Assembly (NCBI RefSeq): GCF_006345805.1
Contig: NC_043002.1
Location: 100,068,001 to 100,132,000 of the forward strand
Reading direction: 5' to 3'
Length of the DNA: 64,000 bases
Source of the DNA: Octopus sinensis
Taxonomy: Eukaryota
Made by a program: the position numbers and the translations under genes. Positions 35,101 to 48,825 of the stretch are shown here, piece after piece (the stretch's first letter is position 1; every line of letters begins with the position of its first letter). The notes under the pieces are model-generated. The model made no database searches, had not been told where the DNA came from, and worked only from the letters and a program-made list of their open reading frames with translations.

Positions 35101-37648
35101 GTTGGTTATGATTATCGTTATGGTAGCAGATTCTCAGAAAAGTGAATCCAATTGTAACTATAATTTTCAAATGGGAAGTTCGTGACCAAAACCAATAAAG
35201 CTTTTATTGATATTCCATTGTTTTTATAAATATAAAAGCTTCTATATAAATTTATTACACATTTATTTACATAAAAGCAATATAGCGAACGTCATATTGT
35301 AAGATGTAAGCTACCATAAATGTGGAGTACTTTCAATTCCAACGATTTCTACTTAACTCGTGGCCTTAAACATATATGGTATAGGAAAAAGGCGGAAAAA
35401 AGAAGATTCATTTAAAAAATCAGTAAAAATTACTCTTAATTACAAAATACCGATAACAAAGAATTCTAAATACAGAAAATTACGTTCTCATTATTTCAGT
35501 TCTTCCCGAAGCAAAATATCAATTATACTGATGTGAACTAAATTTCTAAACAATGTTCCTGTTATTGTTTATTCTTTGTCTCCGAAGCTAATGGGCCTTT
35601 ATATTTTTAGTCAATAGAAAATGCAGTAACCTCAACTGTTATACCGCTACTAACACTAGTGAGGTAGTAGAGAAGAAGATATCCTCAAACTGGAGTTTTC
35701 GCTCCGTTCGTAACACCTTAGAATCCAGGTGTTATTGTGAAATTTCTGTGCGGCGAATTAAGTTTGCCACCCAAAAAAGCCGTTGCATGATTCTGACTCA
35801 GAACACAAAAAGCCAAATCAAATATCAGAAGGAGTCCACTTCAATGTTTCTACAGTTTAAACTACCCACCTTCCTGGATTGGCACATGTTGTCGATTTCT
35901 ACTGGATAAAAGAAACAAAGTTGATCTCAGAGCACAGACATATAACAGATACCACAGGCATTCTATTCAAATTTCTACTGATTCTGCGAATACCAAATGA
36001 AAATCTTACAGCATATTCACTTAGTCAACTACGGCATTTGTTTAGATCTGGTATGCATCAATGAAAACTTACCAGTAATACGTCAGTAGCTAACATTGAC
36101 ACAATTAAGAACAGTTCTCCCATATAAATAATTGAAGCTGTACCAAGTTGATAAAATCAATATCCAAATCCACTACGCGATTGGTTGTTTGCGTTTGGAC
36201 GTTGAGACTATTTATAGCCATATAAAAATGACAACACACGTCCAATTTAATTTCAATCATAAGGAGAACCACTAGAAATGTTTATGGAATTATACAAGTT
36301 ACGTTTGACTGGAATTCCTGCTGATATATGAAATTTAGAAAAACACTTTCCATTTGCCAATGTTGACCTCTTAACGTTTCTTAATAATGATATTTGATTT
36401 ATCTACAATACAGAGATGGAGGCCGAAGTATATAAACTTTGTAATATAATTTCATTGTTATAATGTAAGACGTTATTGCTGATTTTATGCTTTTGAATAC
36501 ATAGACTGAAACAATAGGGCTATTTATTTCTTATATTCATTATTCAATAAACTGAGAATATATGGTGAATCCTGCTGTGGATTAGATTTTATATATACGA
36601 AATAAGAAATTAGTGGTAATATAAAGTATAACATAAATTATTAGAAAAATTTCTCCATTCCTATTTAATAAAGTAGATTAGATATAGACTGCTGAGTTAC
36701 CAGATCATAAACATCATTATTTGCATAAAAGTGAACTAAAAGAAGTTATTCTTGTCATTACATTTCGTGATTAAACAACTACATAAACCAATAAGAAATG
36801 TTTCCTCGCTGAAAGGAATCGTGGTTGGTTGTGCAATCTAAACCAAATAAACAGTGTTCTTTCTGAGTATTCTACTGATCTCTCTATTGAACTATATATT
36901 TTTTTCCTGACAGGGTGATTGTCATTCAGTTTCCATAGCCATAAATCAGCGACTGTTACCCTATATAAGATAATAACTATTTATTGTGTGAACAATTTGA
37001 GAGACAATCCCTCGTAGATAAAAATTAAGTATTTGTATTATGAATGGGGTGAAGAATTTCATGTATTTCTATTCATAACAAATATTTCATGTGAGCATCA
37101 ATCGAATACATGTGTATATAAAATTGATCCAGCTATGAACAAACTGTAATGTAAGATACAACAATGGAGACTAAATAAGTGCCATTATATGCCTTCACTT
37201 ACATTATAAATTGAAATCTCATGAAGACTGGCGGCGTAGATGTTCCACATGCTAGTTATAAAATGTAATCAAATCGACTTTATATTCAATCTGCAAAAAT
37301 CATTATATTAATTATTTCTAATTTATTCTGAAGGCTTTAGTCCAATGTCAACTGGATGGATAACGTGTATTATTTGTAGAATTAAATAGCGTTCTCACAA
37401 GCTATGTCTGCGATGTAATTCTTCCCTTCCGATAAGCATGTGAAAGAATTAACACCATGCAAAACTCTTCGTCATAAATAGAGACATTAACAGAGCACAG
37501 TTTAAATCATCCTTCATAAATCTAATATTTTATGTATTAATGACAAATAATTTTTGCCGTCAAACATTTGAGCTAAAAGATTCATAGATTTAGTAAATAG
37601 ATGACAATGCATTGTATCCGAATCTGCGATACTTAAAATAGATATTTA

Positions 37649-38938
37649 CGAGGGACGTTCAATAAGTACTGCCCCTCACCCACTTCCCATAGCAGTAGAG
37701 CAATGAAACTTGGAACAGTTATTAGTCTTTTTCTACATAGGAACCACCAGAGTTACGCATTTCTCCCATCGTTTGATGCAGCTCTGAAGACCGTTTTTGT
37801 AGAAGACCCAAGCTTGGTCCTCCTACCACGACGTGACTTCAGAAATCAAGGCTTCATCATCTGGGAAACGCTTTCCTTTCAAAAACAACTTCATGGCTGG
37901 GAAGAGGTGAAAATCTGAGGGTGCAAGGTCAGGAGAGTAGGGGCATGGGGGAGGAGTTCATAGCCGCACGCCTGTGCTTCTGATCTGGCGACATGCGAGT
38001 TGTAGATCGGAGCGTTGTCCTGCAGGAGGAGGATGTCTTTGCTGATCTTGTCCCGCCTCCTGATTTTGATAGCTTCTCTTAATTTCCTCAAAAGTGAAGC
38101 ATAATAGACTCCTGTAATTGTGGCACTCTTTGCCAAGAAATCTGTCTTCACTACTCCGTCCTGGTCCCAGAAGACTGTAAGCATGACCTTGCCAGCGGAG
38201 GGCTGCACCCTTGCCTTCTTTGGAGGAGGTGAGTCACGGTGCTTTCACTGCATTGACTGGGCTTTGGTCTCTGGATCATAGTGATGGACCCAGGTTTCAT
38301 CCTATGCCATCAGTCTTTTGAAAAATTTTGACTCATCTTCTTGGCACATCTCCAAATTCATCCTCGAGCAATCGACGCGCTCTTGCTTCTGGAAAGGTGT
38401 GAGCAACCTGGGAATCCATCTGGCAGACACCTTTCGCATATGCAAATGGTCATGAATGATATTTTCCACAGACCCGGTACTAATCTTGACCTCATGGGCT
38501 ATTTGGCGAATAGCTATGCGTCGATCTTCCAAAATGGCAGCCTCAACTTGACAGACAGATACCTCATCAATGGCAGAAGGGGGTGACCAGATCTGGGAGC
38601 TGCTTCCACAGAGTTCCGATCATGTTTGAATTCACGATGCCAGCGCTTTACAAGGTCATATGATGGGGCATCATCACCAGAAGTTATTTTCATTTCATCA
38701 AAAGTCTCCCGTGGTGTGCGTCCTTTCAAATACAAAAACCGGATCACTGCTCGACACTCAACATGCTCCATTTCACACTTGACTCAGTTCAAACACCTGT
38801 AAATCGGAAACCACACTTAGTTCAGAGCTGTAATTTGCTACTTAATCTATAGAGATATAGATAATTGCACATGCAAAATTTCAGCTAGATCAAACAACTG
38901 CAAGTGGGTGAGGGGCATTACTTATTGAACGCCCCTCG
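37649..38938 (-). mobile_element. Full-length (1290 bp) mariner transposon with TA TSD
   Basis: 37-bp TIRs CGAGGG(A/G)CGTTCAATAAGTA(C/A)TGCCCCTCACCCACTT (35/37); TA at 37647-48 and 38939-40. Confidence 0.96.
37722..38771 (-). pseudogene. Mariner transposase (DD34D type), frameshifted
   Basis: HTH region; KVSARWIPRLLT; *DETWVHHYDPE; KVMLTVFWD; LLQDNAP; LLPHAP..DLAPSDFHLF; RWEKC. Confidence 0.93.
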
Positions 38939-39818
38939 TAGGTTTGAAACCGTCTTACGTTGGGCTCTCAACTTATAATTATTCCATAGATGCAGAGGAA
39001 CTGTCATGATCCTCGGTGTGTTTTGAGCAGTTAAACCAGATGCCCTTACCATCTCTAAGTCTGATCTGGAACGATATTTTTTCGAGAGAGAAAGGAGGGC
39101 AAGAGAAGAGTGTGATAGAGAAAGCGATGGAAATATATAAAGGCCAAATTGAATTGGGTGAGATTTGTATAAAAGGAATCTGAGAAAATATTTTTGAGTA
39201 GTATATCAGAATCTCTAACAATTCTGCCAAGTCACCACCGCAAAAGTTTAGAATCAGTTATGATCAACAAGCTCCAAAATATCTTAACCCTGACATTGAG
39301 TCTAGGAAGGTATAGAAACATTTCTGGCCAAGTAATACAGAATATAATTGCTTAAAATATTCGGTGATGTTAGTTATGAAATAAAATAGACGCCTACGCA
39401 GAAATATATCTTTGTATCACTGAATCACGCACAAAATTATCACACTGGATGATAGATTACAAAATAATGTACTACTAATTTCTGGGCTAAAAGTAACAAG
39501 TATATATATCAAGTATACGAATGCGAAAAGTATTCTGTCAAAACTATAAATATCTTCCGGAGCCTGAAAAAAACATATTCGATATGATATATGTTCTTAG
39601 ACTCACTCTAAGTTACTTAACGTTGTTTTTTTGAGGAATTTCAAATTAATAGAAAAATACAATTATTAAAAATTTAATTTCCTATCCCCAGTCACTAGAC
39701 ACATTGAAATAGTTTCAAGTTGCATCGTGAATAAAATATATCATTTCTATATGGTAGTTGTATCTACTGACACTGGCAGGCAAACTCTTCATAAACTACA
39801 TCGCATCATCGTAAATAT

Positions 39819-39875
<57 letters not shown>

Positions 39876-40052
39876 ATATGTATGCGAATGTATAGATGTA
39901 TACATGTACATATGTTACTGTGCTTCTTCAAAGTACGGTATATGGTCATTTTTTGACACTTCATTATGCTGTATTAAACTCAACATCTTACTTTGGACAA
40001 TGATCATTGGTTTCAGTTTAGGCAAAAATTGCCTATTATTACATGTTTGAAA

Positions 40053-40112
40053 TGGGAATGAACTCGGAACCATGTGGTTAGTAAGCAAGCCTCTTACCAC
40101 ACAGCCACTCCT
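40053..40112 (-). mobile_element. 5' tip of SINE family C
   Basis: GAACTCGGAACCATGTGG...ACCACACAGCCACTCCT on +. Confidence 0.75.
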
Positions 40113-41520
40113 AATAATTTTAAGGTAATTATTTTCCCTTCAAAACTGAAGGGAAAATTAAATATACATTTAATCATTTTGTAACAAGTACGAAAGAATT
40201 TTGATGCAAGTTACGTTATGATTACTGTATGTATTTCATATTTTCTGATGTTACTGATGATGGAAAAAGTGTACTACCAAAAGTACCCGTCATAGGACCG
40301 ATAACACTCTAGTATTTTAATATCAATGAACAATGAATAAAGTCTATACACAAAACGACGTTATATAAACCTTTCGTTTCTTAAAAGTATTGTTGAAATT
40401 TTTATGTATTTTTTTCATTTAATATATGTGGAAAAATCCAACGTTTTCTCTAGGAAAATTGCAAAACACTCCTTGATTTTCAGAGAACACATAAGCTAAC
40501 CTTAATGCTTGAATCGTTTTGTTTATTTTTCCCACACGCTTTTATATTTAAATAGACTTTTATTGGTTGAATTCATTCTCATGTTAAATAACGTCAATAT
40601 ATATCGTCGAATTTGGAACCCCATAATCAGGCTGATTGCGATGAAATTTCAATTTTACTAATTATAATCTCATGGAAACAAGTTCTGAGAAGCTGTGCTT
40701 TCCAGAAGAAAAACGCTATCAAGTGTAGTTCGACTACTGAATTCATAATGGGAAGAGTCCAATTCTATAAGCAGCATAGAATTACTAAATGTAATGCTAT
40801 TAAAAATTTAATATTTCCTTGAGGCCATGTCAGATTTCTACTGCAAACACGATTGACGAAGCATTATTGGAATCCAGCAAGATTGAGAATATTGGTTGAA
40901 TAGACATAGTGCTATCTCCCTTGAAAGGCGATGCTTCGTGTAAACATCATGTTTTTAGTTTGATACAGTAAACGTTTGCCTTTGTATTTCTAAAATCCAA
41001 TTTATATATCAATATTAAATGTAAACTTGGTTTTTCTTTGGTAGATTTTCTTAATGTATGACTGATAGTGTAAAATCCAGTTTTGTAGCTTGTACAGAAA
41101 GTCTCATCTCCCGGCTCCAACAACGAATGGCCTTGCTTTTGTTGATTTTCTGTTGATAATCATTTTCTAGTTCCTTCTTAATTTCATCTTTGCAAATGTA
41201 AAGAAACTTTAATGTGTTTATAACTCTCCTGTCCTTTAATTGCGGCTTTTCCAGAGCAATTCCCTTTCGTTAAAGTCTACACCCTGCAGAATTCCCTAGG
41301 ATAAATATATTTTCTCGAATTTGCGAAACTTAGCGACACTATAAAACATTACCCAAGCTTAACCATGTTTGAAATCTATCAATAAGTTGCTTCTCTGTTT
41401 CGTAAATATATGACTTCTTTATCATTTTGTTACCATATTTCTCTTGAAATTCACTGACTGATTAATTTTTAAAGTAATGAAGAATTTAGACAAAAATCGT
41501 TGTCATTATTAAGTTGGTAA

Positions 41521-41730
41521 TTAAAGGATGATGCGGGCAGAATTGTTAGCAAGTCAGAGAAAATGCTTGGTGGCATTTCTTCCCATGCGCTACTTTCTGG
41601 GTGGAAAATCCGACTTCGCCTTCCGTTTTCGGTGGTCGATAAATGTAAGTACCAGGTAACAATTTGGGTTGACATAACTGAATTGCATCTCTTCCAAAAT
41701 TTCAGGCCGCGTGTTTATAATAAAAAGAAT
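41521..41730 (+). mobile_element. Old, degenerate SINE B
   Basis: GGCAGAATTGTTAGCA...GGTCGATAAATGTAAGTACCAG...CCAAAATTTCAGGCC. Confidence 0.6.
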
Positions 41731-43784
41731 TATTATGATATTATTATATTTCGGAATGGTCATTTTGCCAGTTTAGCCAATAAAAACACACGCACTATAT
41801 ATTATATATATAATTATTATGATGATGTTTGGAAATTATGAAATTTTAATCGAAAGTCTCTATTCGCACCACTTTAAAACAGGTAGCTGTAAAATCGATG
41901 TAAGAGCTTATAAGAAAAACTTTTCTGCAAAATGATATAAGCCTTTTTTGTTTAGCACCAAATCAGGACTGACTGGAGAAACCCATAATTTAATATATTT
42001 CATCTCTAAATATCCCTTATATTTTTCTATATCACGGGTTATATTGTCCAACTGGTAAATTTTGTGTTACGTTTATTATGATAGTAGAGTGATACGGGTG
42101 AAATCTGGCTATTTCTTGGAGGTCAGGTAACCTCCAAAACACTCCTCATTATCTAGATTCATATAAAGTAATTTGTGGAACACAATATCTTCTGTTTGAG
42201 AGTTAAATGTCCCAATTATGAAAGCAATCTATCATTTACAATGTTTTGGATTTGCAGGGCAACAAATATAACACATATTGTCTTCTGTTTCTCACAAGCA
42301 TTAGCGATATAAAGGATATTACCATAATTTAGTCTAAATTACCCATTCTTCATAACTAACATTGATGTCTCCATAAGACTTTCATAACGACAGTATATGA
42401 CGTTGTAATGACGATGCACATATAAATAACTTTCTAAAAACATGCTAAATGAGGTCAAATTTAAATGAATATTTAATGAAGTAAAGTAATTTACCAGACA
42501 TTGTTCCAGTAATAAATTATTTTCGCTTTGTAGTAGGTCTTGCATAGATTATTATGAGAAATTATACCGGTTATTTTTCTAGTACTCATCTAAGCCTAGT
42601 GGCAGGGAAGATAAACTGATTCACGTACGTGAAACATCACCACTAGCTTAAGATAGATCAATATTTTATTTCGATTTTGATATTTTTAACTGTCTCTCAA
42701 TGGCTGAATTACATCACATTAAACTCCTCCAATTACATTTAAGAAACTTTTAAATAGACTCTAAATGTCTATTAAGTGCTGCAATAAAATATTTTTAATT
42801 TCTTAACAATTAAGTTGCAAATATGTGCTAAACGCATGAAAAACTAATGCGCTATTTTTAGGAAACTATTGCGCTATAATTAGGAAATAAAAATGTAGGA
42901 TAATCATGGCATTGACAAACATGACTCGAGTTTCTGCATGCTATGTTTTCTCTGCGTATTCTTTAAAATTTTCAAGTTTCCATTGATATGAAATATTGTG
43001 TGTGTGTGTGTGAACGTGTGCGTAAAGGCAGTCTGGTTATGCCGTTATAGCATCAGAAGAAATACCATACTGTACTATTGCGATTACTTGCATTATGATA
43101 TTTTAATCCACCATCACCGAGTTTGACACCACTTTCTGATCGCTGTATGTTCTTAATAAAGTGAGATTGAATGTTACAGGTACATGAGGCTAGTTTCCCA
43201 TTCTCTCTCCGTCCAACAAACCTTGGAAGCTCTGTAAAGTGTGATGTGCACTGTCATTCAATGTGTATAACGTGTTAGGAAAAAAAAAGAGAACCACTTA
43301 TTGTAATGTGTTTTCCCGTGATCTTTTCCGTAGGCTTTTCTATCCACGGACAAACCTAATCTGTTTTCCCTTTTTACATTGACATTTCTTTGATACACGA
43401 TCCCTATTGATCGTCCCCAACCTTTCTTTTTCGCGATCCCTTTTAATCACAATTCAACCTTTTTTCCTTCTCTTCTTCCCAAAAAGAAAAGTTCTATTTT
43501 GTATTTTGTCCTTTCTGTGTTAAACCCTGCGTGGCCAATAAAGAAAACTGTTACTCCATATTTCACCAATTAGTACACAATATTTAAGAGGGATATGTGT
43601 ATTTATAATTTTTAACACCACTCAATGAACCTTGATCTTTTATTTAAAAATTTCGATGATCCTTTAATGCTATTCAGTATAAAGATCTTAACGGCATAGA
43701 ACACCAGATATCCATAAAAACATATTTATTCACAATCGGTGTGTTGGTATCATTCGCCGCTTCGACAAGACGCTATCAAAATTT

Positions 43785-44766
43785 CAGAAGCCTATTTCAC
43801 CAACAAAAATAATGACAACTAATATGCCACTCAGCAATTCTGAAATACAGAGCCTATCCTACATTCAGTTTAACTCCATCCTCTGCAGATTTTTACAATA
43901 ACCATATAATTATACGCATAGAAACCTACCTCCTATTTGACTCTACTATGACCAACCTCTCAAATGTGTTCGCTCATATCCTTAGCAGTAACGAAATTAC
44001 CAAATTTACTCTTTTTTCCTCATATCCTTAGCAGAAGCCTATTTCACCAACAAAAATAATGACAACTAATATGCCACTCAGCAATTCTGAAATACAGAGC
44101 CTATCCTACATTCAGTTTAACTCCATCCTCTGCAGATTTTTACAATAACCATATAATTATACGCATAGAAACCTACCTCCTATTTGACTCTACTATGACC
44201 AACCTCTCAAATGTGTTCGCTCATATCCTTAGCAGTAACGAAATTACCAAATTTACTCTTTTTTCCTCATATCCTTAGCAGAAGCCTATTTCACCAACAA
44301 AAATAATGACAACTAATATGCCACTCAGCAATTCTGAAATACAGAGCCTATCCTACATTCAGTTTAACTCCATCCTCTGCAGATTTTTACAATAACCATA
44401 TAATTATACGCATAGAAACCTACCTCCTATTTGACTCTACTATGACCAACCTCTCAAATGTGTTCGCTCATATCCTTAGCAGTAACGAAATTACCAAATT
44501 TACTCTTTTTTCCTCATATCCTTAGCAGAAGCCTATTTCACCAACAAAAATAATGACAACTAATATGCCACTCAGCAATTCTGAAATACAGAGCCTATCC
44601 TACATTCAGTTTAACTCCATCCTCTGCAGATTTTTACAATAACCATATAATTATACGCATAGAAACCTACCTCCTATTTGACTCTACTATGACCAACCTC
44701 TCAAATGTGTTCGCTCATATCCTTAGCAGTAACGAAATTACCAAATTTACTCTTTTTTCCTCATAT
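43785..44766 (+). repeat. Perfect tandem array, 247-bp unit x 3.98 copies
   Basis: CAGAAGCCTATTTCACC starts at 43785, 44032, 44279 and 44526; no differences seen between copies. Confidence 0.96.
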
Positions 44767-45795
44767 ACTACTTTTGCACTAGATATCTTGTGAAGTGTCA
44801 TGTGATATGGATTAAAAACAAATACGCGTGTGTGTGTATGCGCACGCGCGTGTGACTGTGCATTCTTGTTTAGGTATATAATACAGAAAAGTAGCATTAT
44901 CTAAAGTAAAATCAGTAAATCAGAACAATAAAGTGCGCACAATGGAAGAGGATAAAAGGAAATCCTTCATCAAATTAGTCTGGTATTGTTTATTCTTCCT
45001 GGAAATTATATTGTGATAATACACATTCAAGTTGTTTTAATTTTACTAAAGAATTACAAGAAATGTCTGAGCTGACATTGTGACGTCAACGTCAGGGAAT
45101 TTTGATATAAAGCGTATTTAAGATCCACTCGCATAAACGCATTAAGTTTTCACTCCATTATAAGGAAATTATGTCACTTTGTGCCCCAGTATGGCACGGG
45201 CCAGAAGCCTGAGAAATAGCAAATACGATATTTGGGATTTTACGTATTTTATTATCTAAATTGCTATTCTTCTGATTATGAAGGATTATTATGATAATCA
45301 TTATCATGTGTTATGTATATTTCTATCGGTAATACGATCGTAATATGTATAAATGCATGCTAGTATATTCATGCAAAACTAGACATGTTAGTATCTTGTA
45401 TATGCATACAAAAATAGATACGTTAGTAGATATATTAGTATAGATAGGTATTTTGCGTTTATGTATGCGCATCTACGTTTACGTGTATAAGTGTCTCTGT
45501 GTATATGTAAATTTCCATGATTGTATATTCCGAAGACTATCTTCGAAAGTGTTAGGAATGATATGGGGGTGTATTGCGCTCAGCTGCTGTGCCAATCTGG
45601 AAAAGCCTGGCGGCGATAGATTTATTGTTGTTTCTGTTTTAGATATGATAAGATGCCTAAAGAAAATGTCCGTTATTATTCCCCTGTAGTTGTATTTCAT
45701 GGCTAAATGAGCGAAGTAATGACAATGCACATGAGTCCATCTACAGAGTGGATTTTGTTAGATGAAAATAAAAAGAAGTCTGTCGTATGTACACA

Positions 45796-45840
<45 letters not shown>

Positions 45841-46007
45841 CCACTACACACATTTTTTATCTCCTTTCTCTCCTTGTTTTTTTTGTGTCCCTTTCTGTAG
45901 AAGAGCGTAGGCACGGAACGTAACAGACTTTTTCAATTCCTGAGCGTTATACTAATACATCTGTTTGATTTCTACACCACCTGCCTTCGTCTTTTGTTGT
46001 TTTTCGT

Positions 46008-46048
<41 letters not shown>

Positions 46049-46051
46049 ATA

Positions 46052-46093
<42 letters not shown>

Positions 46094-46094
<1 letters not shown>

Positions 46095-46440
46095 GACAGG
46101 CTTCTTTCTATTTTCATCTACCAAAATCCACTCACAAGCTTTTGGTTGGCCTGAGGTTATAGCAGAAGACGCCCAAAGTGACACGCAGTGGGACTGAACT
46201 CGGAACCGTGTGGTTGGGAAGCAAGCTTCTTAGCACACAGCTACTCCTGTGCCTATATTTATTTATTTAAACAAGATGGACTCCACACAGATTCTGGCCA
46301 CCAAATTCACACACCAGCGCATTGGGCAGACCGAGGGTGTACACGAATGCACTTTGCAGACATGTTGCTTCGACTACAATGAGGCTGAACCCAGTAACAT
46401 GAGATTGCAAAACCCAGCTTCTTAGCATGTCTGCGCCTGA
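46094..46440 (-). mobile_element. 5' half of SINE C (46094-46254) followed by an older related copy
   Basis: CGACAGGCTTCTTTC..CTACCAAAATCCACTCACAAG...CACACAGCTACTCCTGTGCCT on +. Confidence 0.75.
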
Positions 46441-47339
46441 CGAGTTTATTCTAAAATCCCAGTTCATGAGGTCTTTTCTATAAATTTCACCCGACTCTTT
46501 ATAGTAAATCTGCCCACCACTAAAAATTATTCTTACATCTGCTTTAATATAACATTCATGCAACATATACATCCACACATCTACATGTGATTGTGTGATT
46601 GTGTACATGTCACAGGCTAAAATCCATGCATGTATTGTATATCTTCTTATCTGTCAATCAAGGATCAGTGCTCATACAAACACATCATATTTTAGCATAC
46701 GTGTTTATATGTTGTCATGCGTGCATGTTTATATACTACAAGCTAAAAGTTCTGTATGCTTTGAAGGCATGCATATATATAGAGTGTGTAAGTATGTGTG
46801 TTTGTATGTATATATATATATGTGTGTGTGTGTTTGGAGATAGACAGATACACACACACATACATACACATATACAAACAGACACGTAAGTGTTCAAGCT
46901 GATGTTTATGTGATTTACTTCTCTATTAATAGTTTCAACGCTGGCAATTTTTTTTTTTTACCAGAATTCATATCTTTTTTTTTCTTTTTTGCGTGGTTGC
47001 ACTTTTAATTTACTGTTACTATATAAATATAGATCATGGTATACGGAGTTTGTAATATTCATTTCAAATGTACGTGTACTCTCCCACCAAAGTTATTTTG
47101 ACAAGCTTTCCCTCGAGTCTTTTTGTTTTCCATTTCTGATAAGAGTTAGTTATTTATGTTCTTGCATAAGATCATGTTATAATCAATTTAGATAAATTGG
47201 AAATTTTCTCCCGAAAAGAATAACAAATTTGACATGCGAGCTAATTAATAATAATAATAATAATGATAATAATAATAATAATAAAAATAATAATAATAAT
47301 AATAGTAATAATTGTAATAATAATAATAATAATAATAAT

Positions 47340-47812
47340 GGTGTTATGTACATTGTTTTGTATTGGTATAAAAGATGGGCTATAGCAAATATTCTGCTCA
47401 ATACCACAGATTTGCTTGTCAGTTGTTTGACATTAACCAGTTGAGCATGTCACTTAGTAGCTGACGATATGTGCATCTCTGATCACGAGCAGAAGTAGTG
47501 GGGCAGCATTATAGCCATGTGTTGAGAGGGATTCTTTGGGGTTTGAATAATTCACCTCTAGACACATGTCTGTTTCGTTCAACATCCTTAAACAACCTTT
47601 ATTCAGGGACCGTTTGAGCGGGATGGGTTACTCAACCTGAGGAAAATTCTAACTGGGCCCCACCTGCAAGGTCATGTGCTGTTTATCTTGATATGAGATC
47701 ACCATGTCGCGCACATATGGTTGTGATGCATGTGCCTAGTGTACATGATGGGTATACCGGGCTTCGTATATTTTACCCGAGTGTCGCTTTGATGGCATGC
47801 ACTACTCTCTCC
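47340..47812 (+). mobile_element. Longer 3' portion of retroelement family E between (AAT)n tracts
   Basis: 3' 70 bp match rc of 15029-15110; (AAT)n at 47245-47340 upstream and degenerate AAT/AAG repeats downstream. Confidence 0.7.
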
Positions 47813-48291
47813 ATGATAATGATATTAATATTAATAAGAAGAAGAAGAAGAAGAAGAATGTTTTTTTTTTATTATTATGGGGATTTTGTTCGGGATCCGG
47901 TATTATTCCTGGTATGAATTATGTGGATAGCGAGTTATTACCTGTAACCTTAGTTATTCACAAGTTTTCGGCAGTCTTTTAAGTGCTGGGAACCCTCCTG
48001 ATAATTCTTGCTGTCCCTAAGAGACAAACTTTCCGTAGGAGCTCTACCGGGCCACTTCGATCTCATTCGGCCATTTGTTTATATTTTGGCCTACTGTTTC
48101 CAAGGTACCAATTATTATCTTTACTGTTCGCATGCTCTAAATTCGTCCTATTTCAAACTTTGGTGGTTGCTTTTATTTTCCTTCGTTTCTTTTTCTTCCT
48201 CTTTAGTTACGATTCTGCAAAGTGGCATGATGGATTGATAAGCAACTATTATTATTATTATCATTATGTTGTTGTTGTTGTTGTTATTGTG

Positions 48292-48587
48292 TGGAGGCGC
48301 AATGACGCAGTGGTTAGGGCAACGGACTAGCGGTCGTAGGTTCGCAGTTTCGATTCCCAGACCGGGCATTGTGTGTGTTTATTGAGCGAAAACACCAGGC
48401 TCCGGCAGGAGGTGTGAACCCTACTGTACTCTTTCACCACAACCTTCTCTTGCTCTTTCTTCCTGTTTCTGTTGTACCTGTATTTCAAAGGGCCAGCTTT
48501 GTCTCACTCTGTGTCATGCTGAATATCCCCGAGAACTACGTTAAGGGTGCACGGGTCTGTGGAGTGCTCAGCCACTTACACGTTAAT
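48292..48587 (+). mobile_element. SINE family A, truncated at CACGTTAAT
   Basis: Co-linear with 53296-53605. Confidence 0.88.
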
Positions 48588-48785
48588 AAATGAGCTGCGA
48601 CGTCACTGGTGCCAAGCTATATCGGCCTTTGCGTTTCCCTTGGATAACATCGGTGGCGTGGACATGGGAGGGTGTTGTGCGTGGGCGAATTCTGGTCTTC
48701 CATAAACAACCTTGCCCAGACTTGTGCCTCGGAGGGTAACTTTCTAGGTGCAATGCCATGGTCATTCATGACAGAAGGTGGGTCA
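48588..48785 (+). mobile_element. Unassigned GC-richer segment fused to the truncated SINE A (probable alternative SINE 3' body)
   Basis: Starts exactly where the family-A match stops and ends at (ATT)n; single copy in the window. Confidence 0.4.
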
Positions 48786-48792
48786 CAATTAA

Positions 48793-48821
<29 letters not shown>

Positions 48822-48825
<4 letters not shown>

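Noticed and set aside
35611-35908. ~95-codon stop-free plus frame after a TTTTAG acceptor-like site
   Set aside because: No recognisable protein motif or paired donor; several such frames are expected by chance in 64 kb.
36073-36123. Possible minus-strand signal-peptide exon MGELFLIVSMLATDVLL followed by GTAAGT
   Set aside because: Only 17 codons, and no credible downstream exon was found; such a match is expected by chance without RNA-seq support.
40245-40295. CTGATGA followed by a short TGG/CCA pairing (hammerhead-like)
   Set aside because: No GAAA, no stem III and no stem I partner.
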